The position numbers and the translations under genes were made by a program. From the NCBI GenBank assembly GCA_029259175.1, contig JAPDJH010000001.1, positions 96,001-160,000 of the forward strand: a DNA stretch of 64,000 bases, read 5' to 3'. Source of the DNA: Hadesarchaea archaeon. Its GTDB lineage: Archaea; Hadarchaeota; Hadarchaeia; Hadarchaeales; Hadarchaeaceae. Under the pieces are notes generated by a model. That model had not been told where the DNA came from, did no database searches, and saw nothing but the letters and a program-made list of their open reading frames with translations. Of this stretch, positions 49,962 through 58,179 are shown in pieces (position 1 is the first letter of the stretch; the number at the start of each line of letters is the position of its first letter).

Positions 49962-50579
49962 ATGATCGTGCAAGTTCAAGGTGATAAATTAGTTGTGGAA
50001 TTTCCTCTTAGTCAACCAAAAAGTTCTTGGAGAGTCAGGTCAAAAAAAAGAAGAGGGCGAAGGGGCTGGAAAAAAGACCCGAATTTATGGATTTTTAGAC
50101 CCACTTTTGGAGACTTGATCTATGAAGGAGACATTTTCGAATGGATGATAAGTAATGAGGAACTGCGCGAGATACTTTATGTTGCAAAATGCATGGAAGC
50201 TGATTATTATGAAGAAATCAAGAAAGCCATACATAATTTGAACAAGTTTGAAAGTCACGTAGATATAACACTTGGTTGGGGCGTAAAAATCGAAGGTGAA
50301 CTGAGACCCAAACAAAAAAAAGGAGAAGAACTGACTCCCTGGTTTTTTATTTTGTTTCCATTGGATAGAAGTTCAAATGTCTACTATTTGAAAGATGCGA
50401 AAAACAACAAGATTGAAAATCCCATCAACCGAAAAATCAGAGCAGGAGATAGACTGGTTTGGGTTGTAGATCTCAATTGGCTCAAAACCATTATTCTTAA
50501 ATTGGCTGGATTGAGCGAGGATCATAAGGAAAAAATTATTAAGGAGGTCTTTGAACCAATTGATAATCTCAAGTTATAA
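49962..50579 (+). CDS. Divergent PabI-family paralog lacking the catalytic Tyr and Asp
   Basis: VEFPLSQP, FEWMISN, LRPKQK, INR, LSEDHKEKI collinear with 49271. Confidence 0.65.
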   Translation: MIVQVQGDKLVVEFPLSQPKSSWRVRSKKRRGRRGWKKDPNLWIFRPTFGDLIYEGDIFEWMISNEELREILYVAKCMEADYYEEIKKAIHNLNKFESHVDITLGWGVKIEGELRPKQKKGEELTPWFFILFPLDRSSNVYYLKDAKNNKIENPINRKIRAGDRLVWVVDLNWLKTIILKLAGLSEDHKEKIIKEVFEPIDNLKL

Positions 50580-51257
50580 ATTTACTCTAAACAATCTTTT
50601 TTGAGCGAGCTGGTAGTATCTCTTATTTATTTCAAAACCGATAAACCGTCTTTTCAGTTGCTTACAAGCCACAGCAGTACTCCCGCTTCCGATGAAAGGA
50701 TCCAAAACCAAATCGCCTTCCTTAGAAAACATCCGTAAAATTTCTTTGATGAAGTGCTTGGGTTTAGGCGTTGGATGGTCTATAAACCCTTCGTCGGGTT
50801 CAACCAGCTTCCCCGGAGTATCAATGAAAAGATCTCTATTTCGGGAAATTATTTTTGGATTTCCTTTTTTGAAAACGAAACAAGACATATACTTGGTAAT
50901 ACCAATTGGAGATCTAACTGCTCCCTCAGGACAGTATAAAATAATTTGCCAAAAATATGTGAATGGATTGTGTTTGAACAAAGCAGGCAAAAATTTCGTG
51001 CTAAAAAATGTGATGAAAAAAGAGTTGTCTCTTAGCACCCTATAGCACTCGGGCAGAATTTTATAGAAAGTTGTCAAATTTTCGTCACTATAAACTCCTT
51101 CCTTACCAAGTCCGTAAGGTGGATCTGTAAGGATTAAATCTATTTTTCTGTTAGGTATTTTTTTGATCAGCTGGAGAGCATCGCCACAAATTATTTTATT
51201 AATGAAATCATCTGGAAACTTCAATTTCGAAATGTCATCGTTTCTTTGTGTGTCCAT
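50574..51257 (-). CDS. Beta-class N4C/N6A DNA methyltransferase
   Basis: DPPY...HPTPKP...DPFIGSG. Confidence 0.9.
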   Translation of the reverse strand: MDTQRNDDISKLKFPDDFINKIICGDALQLIKKIPNRKIDLILTDPPYGLGKEGVYSDENLTTFYKILPECYRVLRDNSFFITFFSTKFLPALFKHNPFTYFWQIILYCPEGAVRSPIGITKYMSCFVFKKGNPKIISRNRDLFIDTPGKLVEPDEGFIDHPTPKPKHFIKEILRMFSKEGDLVLDPFIGSGSTAVACKQLKRRFIGFEINKRYYQLAQKRLFRVNL

Positions 51258-51688
51258 TTATCTCCCGATAAAATTCGGTTGGAGTTCCTTAAAAACAGAA
51301 AAACTGTTTTTATGTCGGGGAGCGAGTCTCTTTCTTTGATGGACTTCTCGGTAGCCTCCCAATCTGGTTTTCTTCCTTTTTCTATCTCAGCCACAGCGAA
51401 TACTGTATCCACTCCCACCGCGTTCACCTCCCGTAATCTCGCATTCTCTTCATTTCATAAAAATTTCCTGCCAGACTTTATCAATCGGAACGAGAGCTTC
51501 AAATATGACACATGGCAACCGAAATAGAAACCCCTCAATTACGACACGTCCAATACATAAGCCTTAGGTGAGTTTCCCAGCTTGGGAAAAATCTATTTCA
51601 AGAACGGTGCGGAGGCAGATTCATCTATGGCTCGACCACCACGTATTCTTGGACAGCAAACAGAAACGTCTATGTGGATTGGCGTTGT

Positions 51689-52267
51689 TTACTTAATTTT
51701 ACTCCATTTTCCAACATACCTTTCAGGATACATATGTAGATTCTTTTCAACTTTCAGACGGTATTTGGGAGGGATTTTTCTCTTGTATTCCTCATATGTA
51801 GGATAACGGCAGAGAAGACACGGATTGGTTTTTGGATGAGCAGCACCGAATTCCTTTCTTTTCCCCCTCCATATCATCTTCTTCACTTCTTCTCGCAACT
51901 CTCCGTGGGTGAATATTATGAATTCTTTCGGTTTGTGTCCTTCAAAAGTTACGAACACGCAATAATCAAATTTTTTCTGGATGATTTGCTTGCCAAGCCC
52001 AAAAGATGCATCAGCGTAGCCATCCTCATCAATCAACCCTGTTTTTACCTCCACTCTCTTCCCTTTATCTGGAAGATAAATGTCGGCGGATTTGTCTTCT
52101 CTTTCATCCAATATCTGAACTTTGTGCCCTCTCTTCAACAATTCAAGGGCGACTAAGTATTCCGCATATCTTTCCCTTAATTTTTTGTCAGAAATTTCAA
52201 CCTGATCCAAAATCCTCAACACTCTTTCAAGATATTTTACGATTAAACTCAGTTCCTTCTTTCTCAT
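51689..52267 (-). CDS. PD-(D/E)xK nuclease
   Basis: AEYLVALEL..RG, ADI, RVEVKT. Confidence 0.7.
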   Translation of the reverse strand: MRKKELSLIVKYLERVLRILDQVEISDKKLRERYAEYLVALELLKRGHKVQILDEREDKSADIYLPDKGKRVEVKTGLIDEDGYADASFGLGKQIIQKKFDYCVFVTFEGHKPKEFIIFTHGELREEVKKMIWRGKRKEFGAAHPKTNPCLLCRYPTYEEYKRKIPPKYRLKVEKNLHMYPERYVGKWSKIK

Positions 52268-52668
52268 CGCCTTTACTTGTATTAGTGAGAAATAAATCTT
52301 CCCAAAATTTAGTATCCACCTGTCCACTCTAAGGAGGGTATGCCCCCTCCAAAATCCCGTGCCCTCTCTCCCTTTCAAGCCTCCTGATCTGATCGCCTCT
52401 GTGTTAAGACAGCCTCCTCGCAAAGCCTCGGCTTGGCTCAGCCCCCAAGCCCGGCTGTCTTGCGCTCAGCCCATTTTCAGGTAATTTTATGGGTACATGG
52501 GCTCCCGCAGTGTACAGGCGGATCCCAAATTCGCCCAAAAAGAAGCCCGTATAAACCTCCTTTTCCCCCTCTGCGTACTGGTGGAGCTGAAATTTAGGAG
52601 GCTAAAAATGGCGGTGAACTTTTCATTTTAACCCCAATGACGAATAAACATATCGGAGATGGGTTCGT

Positions 52669-53400
52669 ATGGGTTCGGCTCGGAGGTTAGAGGTCTCTTT
52701 CCCGATTGATACTGAAATGGCTGTGCGAACCGTTTTTGACAAGTTCCACGAAAAGTTAGGATATCCCAAGATACTTGAAAGCAGAGAAAAGTTTCCCGAC
52801 TACATTTTAGAAGATAGGAGAGGGAGAATAGTTCGTGCGGAAGCCAAACACTACGCCAGCGGAGCTAAAAGGTATAAAAAATTGGCTGAAAAGTGCGACT
52901 TGATAATATGCTGGTACGACGATTGGGGTGAGTGTCCCGTGCCCTGCTTGGAACTATGTAAGTATGTTAAAGCCAACCCGACCAAGGAAGTAATTGTTGT
53001 GCCCATCGGAAGGGGAAGAGAAAGACAATTAGATCCAGAAGTTGAGTGGCAAGTGATAAGAAAGAAGCACTTTTATCGATTACCATTTTGGGGGGGACCG
53101 AAGTATGAGGCAAAATACATCGCTTTCTATCACAGAGGAATTGAATACATAGCAAAACTAAAACTCCCATATGAAAAAACAACTTGGGGAAAAATTTACC
53201 GAGAAATTTATAGACTAACAAAAGATGAACGGTATAAACCAGAACCAGAATGGGAAAATGAACCCGCACTCAAATTGAAATTTGGTAGACTCATAAAAAT
53301 TAGAAAAATAGAGTTAAAGGGACCTTTTAGATTATGGCGTTACACTACTTTTGAAAAATTGTTGACGGCTAAAACGGTAGCTGAATTGACAGAAAAGTAA
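52669..53400 (+). CDS. PD-(D/E)xK nuclease fused to a PUA/EVE-like domain
   Basis: TE, FPD, RAEAK, CDLIICW; FYRLP..KYIAFY..GIEYIA..YTTFEKLL.A. Confidence 0.6.
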   Translation: MGSARRLEVSFPIDTEMAVRTVFDKFHEKLGYPKILESREKFPDYILEDRRGRIVRAEAKHYASGAKRYKKLAEKCDLIICWYDDWGECPVPCLELCKYVKANPTKEVIVVPIGRGRERQLDPEVEWQVIRKKHFYRLPFWGGPKYEAKYIAFYHRGIEYIAKLKLPYEKTTWGKIYREIYRLTKDERYKPEPEWENEPALKLKFGRLIKIRKIELKGPFRLWRYTTFEKLLTAKTVAELTEK

Positions 53401-53402
53401 GG

Positions 53403-54143
53403 CTAATCTTCAACTATCGCAGCCCCACCCACCACCAAGTCCTGAGCCGCCGCGAACTCCTCCACGAGACTTGGCGGACAACGGGCTTCGCTGAGCAAAG
53501 CGAGTTTCGGCGTTAGCTTCCTCGCCACCACCCGCACCGAGTTCTCTCCCTTCTTCTTCCTCGCCACGGCTTTCGCATAGCCATCGGTTTCAAGCCTTCT
53601 CACTCGGTGTTCCCTTTTCGTGATGTGGGCGGGCAAATGCCACGAGGCTTTCACACTCGGGGAAGAAGGCTCAGCCCAGAGGCGGATGTAGGCACTCGGC
53701 ACCACCACGCAATCCAGAGGTGGCTCCAAACGCTTCAAATACCCATCTTTGACCACATACACCTTCCCGCCAATCCCCACGAACCGCCACCCCAACGGCT
53801 TCGCAAACCTCACCGCTTTGCCAGAAGGCTTGGTTTCCCCCATCAGTACCTCCAAAGGCACTTCGCAGTAAAGTTCAGCCTTCAGCCACTTTTGAAGTGA
53901 GAAAAAGTCCCTAACTCCCATCTCTATTTCTCGCTTGGCTCGTCTCAGGATCACCCGCCTTTCCGAGTGGTGTTCGTGCCTGATGCTTAGCCCCCCGACT
54001 TTGCTTTCCTCGTTCTCAAAGGGCAACTCAGCCAACGCCAGCCCTCTCGCAACCGTAAGCGGGATGGTCAGCCCGTATTTTTTGCCCTCTTGAACCAGCC
54101 GCACCAACCACCTCCGCCCCCGTTTAACGAACCAGAACCTCAT
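53403..54143 (-). CDS. Hypothetical basic protein
   Basis: 246 aa ORF overlapping 54124..54489. Confidence 0.55.
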   Translation of the reverse strand: MRFWFVKRGRRWLVRLVQEGKKYGLTIPLTVARGLALAELPFENEESKVGGLSIRHEHHSERRVILRRAKREIEMGVRDFFSLQKWLKAELYCEVPLEVLMGETKPSGKAVRFAKPLGWRFVGIGGKVYVVKDGYLKRLEPPLDCVVVPSAYIRLWAEPSSPSVKASWHLPAHITKREHRVRRLETDGYAKAVARKKKGENSVRVVARKLTPKLALLSEARCPPSLVEEFAAAQDLVVGGAAIVED

Positions 54144-54489
54144 CCCGCTCAGCCTCCGTGATTGGAATCCGCTGGTGAATGGGACAACGCTTGGCTTTCC
54201 CCTTCAGCAACTCCCCCAACATAGAAACCCATCCCATCGCCTCAACCCCTTCGCCCCGTGCCACGACATAGAAGTGGTTTCCATTCCGAGAGAGGGCGAT
54301 GTAACCGACTGGCTCCTTTTCATCCTCGCCGTTTTTCACGAGCACGACATAGTGCTTTTTGCCCCACACCATTTCCTCAAGCGCCGCGAGTTTACAAAAC
54401 GCCTTGAGTTTCCTCGCCGCGACAAACGCCCCACCGTTGGAGTTGCGGATGAGGTAGCCGATGACTCTGCCCGCCCTAAACCTCGCCAT
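54124..54489 (-). CDS. Hypothetical protein
   Basis: 121 aa ORF with GGTGA RBS and TATA upstream. Confidence 0.55.
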   Translation of the reverse strand: MARFRAGRVIGYLIRNSNGGAFVAARKLKAFCKLAALEEMVWGKKHYVVLVKNGEDEKEPVGYIALSRNGNHFYVVARGEGVEAMGWVSMLGELLKGKAKRCPIHQRIPITEAERDEVLVR

Positions 54490-54523
54490 TCACCACTGTA
54501 CAGGCGGGAGGCATATAAGGTGG

Positions 54524-55288
54524 TTATCGGATCGTGTCTAAATTCTGAATAATCAACTGGAAAGAATTATGACCTATAAACCAAGCTCCCTCGTTGAATT
54601 TGATGGGCGAAACCTTAGCCTCCAGACACTCCTTCACAATTTTTTCTCTAATCTCGTGTTCTTTGTCGTTGTCTTCTACTATCCCAATCTTGGCGGCGAC
54701 CCTTCTCACCCAAGTATCAATCGGTTGAAAAAATTTCATATCTTCTATGCGGATTTTTCCCTCTCTCTCCAAGGAATATACCGTGGCTACATCCCTAAGA
54801 TAAATTGAGGCGATTTTCGGACCAACCGAATGGATCCTATCCAACTCCTTATAATGTTCTTCTACTTCCCCACGCTCAATTTTTGAAATGGTGTACTCCA
54901 CCAAACTCCCTTTATCTACGACCTCTCCCCTTGAAGCGAATTGTATGATTTCAACCGTCATTTGGATGTCTCTTCCCCTTCCAACTCTCCCTTTCCCAAT
55001 TACTTGTCTAAGCTCGTTTCTTATTCTTTGAAGTTCTCCATCTGTTACTCCTATAGTTTGGGGTGTAATGTGTTGCTTTAAAACATTCATCGCTCGCCTC
55101 TCAACTTTCTCTGAGATCGCGTCTCTGCGCCCCTGATAGAAAGAGCGTCTTAAAAGGAATTGAAGCCCTCCCCACCAATTCCTGCGTATCAAATCTCTGT
55201 TTTCAAAATCTCTTCCCAAATATTCCCCTTCATAACGGTTGCCGAAGTCTGCTATTTTTCTGATTTTGATTATTTTTTCCTGCTCCAT
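54524..55288 (-). CDS. HhH-GPD superfamily DNA glycosylase-like protein (no Fe-S cluster)
   Basis: LDRIHSVGPKIASIYLRD, PIDTWVRRVA. Confidence 0.7.
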   Translation of the reverse strand: MEQEKIIKIRKIADFGNRYEGEYLGRDFENRDLIRRNWWGGLQFLLRRSFYQGRRDAISEKVERRAMNVLKQHITPQTIGVTDGELQRIRNELRQVIGKGRVGRGRDIQMTVEIIQFASRGEVVDKGSLVEYTISKIERGEVEEHYKELDRIHSVGPKIASIYLRDVATVYSLEREGKIRIEDMKFFQPIDTWVRRVAAKIGIVEDNDKEHEIREKIVKECLEAKVSPIKFNEGAWFIGHNSFQLIIQNLDTIR

Positions 55289-55430
55289 CTGATTTTTCTC
55301 TAACCTGACTCCTATTTATCTCGCTCTCGTAAGAACAAGTTTTGCTGGGATTTCGCCGTTCTCTATCATAATATTGGAAAATTTTTCGGTGTCGTGATCG
55401 CATTAATACTAATTCCGACCTTTCTTTACT

Positions 55431-55850
55431 GTGAGCCAAACCCACGCCCAGAGCACGGGTGTAAAGAGGGATTATCTTCCTCGTCCTGAATACCTACGAA
55501 AAAAGAGCTTGTGGGACTGGTTACGAGCCTGTGGCGTCCGTCCGCAGTTCATCGGGGCTATTGGTTTCTTTCTCAAGGTCTACCAACGCGCTAAACGCTT
55601 GGGGCTTCTTCCGTGCTTCACCTATCAGGATGTTGATGAACGCTTTCTCTCAATTTGCGCAAATTTGAATATGAAGCGGGAGACGGCTCGGCGTTTCGTG
55701 CGGTGGTGCTGTAGGCGCGGCTTGATTTATCTCGTCCCTGGAAGCCGCGAGAAGCTTGGCTACCACCTTTTTCTGGTAAGAGACGACACCTTCAACTTCC
55801 TGTTGGAATTGTGTCGATACGCAAAGCTCTTCAAGGAGGCGAGGCGATGA
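55431..55850 (+). CDS. Putative wHTH protein
   Basis: LNMKRETARRFVRWCCRRGLI. Confidence 0.5.
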   Translation: MSQTHAQSTGVKRDYLPRPEYLRKKSLWDWLRACGVRPQFIGAIGFFLKVYQRAKRLGLLPCFTYQDVDERFLSICANLNMKRETARRFVRWCCRRGLIYLVPGSREKLGYHLFLVRDDTFNFLLELCRYAKLFKEARR

Positions 55851-56518
55851 AGCGGGAAAGTCCTATCGAAGAATTCAGGCAGCGCCTTACGAAACAAATC
55901 CAAAAACTGCCCGACCCGTTTTGGTACACGCTCGCGGTGGGTGCGATCGGCTTTGGTCTCTTTTTGTTCTGGGATGTCCGGGTGATTGAGAGAACTTTTT
56001 CTAACTTGGTCGTAATCTACTTTATTTCCATCAGCACCGCTATCGCTTTGCTGAGCGCGTATGGTTCACGCGTGTATGCCGTGTGGCATAAAATCAAGGA
56101 TGAGTTGGACGCGTTCGCGGTCGTTTTCCCGCGGCGAGTGTGGGAAGATGCCGTTGCCTCCCGCGAACTCTCGCGCCTCTTAGGGGATCTCCACCATCGG
56201 CTCCGCCAACTCTATCCTGAAGCTCCAGAAACCCGCGTCGCTACTTTCTTGGCTGAGTTCGGAAAAGAAGCGGAGCGAATTTACAGAGAGCACGAGAGCG
56301 ACTTGGTCCGCCACGAAGCTCTCAAGCTCGCTTTCGAGAACCTAAGCAAGAAATACAGGATCCCCGTCGTGCTGAACATCCGTAAGGCAGAAACATACCC
56401 ACACCTCGGCGGCGCCTTCTGGCTCTTCGACATTCACCGCTTAGACGCCGACGAAGTGGGCCTGCTTAAACAAATCAAAGAGAGCATGCGAGTGTGGGGA
56501 GCAAAAAGAGAGGCATAA
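55847..56518 (+). CDS. 2-TM membrane protein
   Basis: ATG 55847 overlaps the previous stop; two hydrophobic helices. Confidence 0.6.
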   Translation: MKRESPIEEFRQRLTKQIQKLPDPFWYTLAVGAIGFGLFLFWDVRVIERTFSNLVVIYFISISTAIALLSAYGSRVYAVWHKIKDELDAFAVVFPRRVWEDAVASRELSRLLGDLHHRLRQLYPEAPETRVATFLAEFGKEAERIYREHESDLVRHEALKLAFENLSKKYRIPVVLNIRKAETYPHLGGAFWLFDIHRLDADEVGLLKQIKESMRVWGAKREA

Positions 56519-56525
56519 CCGCTTA

Positions 56526-57257
56526 CTATTCCTTTTCCTCTGGTTCTCTTTTTGGAAATTCGAATAAGGCAGGTTTCTTCGTTATCGGGAATGCGCCCGC
56601 CGACTCTCTTAAAGCCCAAACAGCTGCCGATGTCAGCGGATCTACTTTAAACAGGAGAAGCTCCTTCCACTCTCGTAAGCAATCTAAGAGTTGTTGTAGC
56701 TCCGAGTTTTCGGCTTTTTCTGGTAGTTCCACATAGAGTAGTGCGTTTTCAAATTTCATGAAAACCTCAGACAACGAATAATTGAGTTTCCTTCGCTTGC
56801 TTTTTTCCTTTCCTAGAGAAGACAGCAGGGCTTCATGTCTATTGACGATTTCCCTAAGGTAGCGGCTTACAAGTTCGTGAAATAGTTTATTCTTACACAA
56901 CTCGCTGAACTTCTTCTCAACAAGAGGTCGCCGTCTGCTCCCAAGAATAACATAAAGGGCGGGGGGCATGAAAAGGGAGGGATCCCCTTGGCTCAGGAAA
57001 AATTTACAGAATTTGCCCCAGTTTATTTCGTAGTGCTGGTGTTTGCCGATCTTCTTACTGAGCCTCACAACCCCTAACTTTCTCAATTTATGTAAATATT
57101 CGATCACGGTGGGCGGCTTGACCCCCATGGTTTCCGCGATATCTTTCGGGGTGGTTCTGCCCGCGCTCAGGTAGAGAAGCACATTTGATATGCCCACGCT
57201 CCTCGACGGGGACCTGATACTCCGCTGGAACTCATCCATCGGCATCCGATAGTACAT
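56526..57257 (-). CDS. wHTH transcriptional regulator
   Basis: TPKDIAETMGVKPPTVIEYLHKLRKLGVV. Confidence 0.8.
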   Translation of the reverse strand: MYYRMPMDEFQRSIRSPSRSVGISNVLLYLSAGRTTPKDIAETMGVKPPTVIEYLHKLRKLGVVRLSKKIGKHQHYEINWGKFCKFFLSQGDPSLFMPPALYVILGSRRRPLVEKKFSELCKNKLFHELVSRYLREIVNRHEALLSSLGKEKSKRRKLNYSLSEVFMKFENALLYVELPEKAENSELQQLLDCLREWKELLLFKVDPLTSAAVWALRESAGAFPITKKPALFEFPKREPEEKE

Positions 57258-57278
57258 CCGTTCACTTGCTTATAAGTG

Positions 57279-57358
57279 TTAGGGCATGCCAAACAGTTAG
57301 AGAAAATTAAACGATTAGGGTTAACCGAAACATTTAAATACCATTAGGTTTAACCTAA
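57279..57358. promoter_or_regulatory. Three TTAGG-N5-CCNAA operator-like sites
   Basis: 57279-93, 57315-29, 57344-58, flanking TATA tttaaata. Confidence 0.6.
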
Positions 57359-57360
57359 TT

Positions 57361-58179
57361 ATGGTGAGAGCACGAGAAACAAACAGCTGGGTCATAGGCT
57401 TGGGAGAAAAGTTCAAGTTCATCGACTTCAAACAAATCCCGCTCGCGGACATCCAGCCGAACCCCCATCCGCTCCGCGAGCACAGCTCTGGGTGGTTGCG
57501 CAGATTCACGAAACACTTGAAGCGCTTCGGTGTGGTGGTGGAACCACTAATCGTCACGCGCAACGGCGGAAGGAAATACACCATCGTCGCTGGGATGGGG
57601 CGCTACCTAGCAGCCAAGAGAGCAGGACTGAAGTCGCTTCCGGCAATTGTCGTGGAAATTGACGAAAAAACGGGCTACGTCCTTTCCCTAATCGAGAACC
57701 TGATAAGAAACGGCTTGAACCCAATCGACGAAGCGAGAGCTTATAAACAGTTGATGGAGTGGGGGTGGACTCAGGAGCAAATAGGTTATCTCATCGGAAA
57801 AGATCAGTCGTATGTTTCTCACAGAATTGGTTTGTTAAAGCTCCACCCAGAAGTCCAGCAAATGGTTAAGGAAGGCTACGAAGTCAGCAAAGCGGAAATC
57901 CTCTGCACAGTAAAAAACAAGGAACTACAACTCGAACTCGCCAGAAAGTCCGTGAACTGGAACTGTAACAGGCTCAGCGAAGAAGTCCGCAAACTTCAGA
58001 ATGGGGGAGTGAAGCAAACCCCAAAACCAAAACCCTACGAATGCGAGTTTAAGAAAGCGGTTGACGCCCTCGTGGAAGCCGCCGTCCAGCGGAACCTGGA
58101 AGGGGACTGCGAGAGGTGCCCCATCCGAGAGAAGTGCCCCGAGGTGGTGAATTTCGTGAGGAGGTTGTTCCAATGGTAG
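57361..58179 (+). CDS. ParB/Spo0J-family protein
   Basis: IQPNP, EPLIV, IVAGMGRYLA, LIENL.R.GLNPIDEA, TQEQI..IGK. Confidence 0.88.
   Translation: MVRARETNSWVIGLGEKFKFIDFKQIPLADIQPNPHPLREHSSGWLRRFTKHLKRFGVVVEPLIVTRNGGRKYTIVAGMGRYLAAKRAGLKSLPAIVVEIDEKTGYVLSLIENLIRNGLNPIDEARAYKQLMEWGWTQEQIGYLIGKDQSYVSHRIGLLKLHPEVQQMVKEGYEVSKAEILCTVKNKELQLELARKSVNWNCNRLSEEVRKLQNGGVKQTPKPKPYECEFKKAVDALVEAAVQRNLEGDCERCPIREKCPEVVNFVRRLFQW

Noticed and set aside
51260-51688. Gene between the beta MTase and the nuclease
   Set aside because: Frames are interrupted by stops and no family is recognisable; at most a remnant
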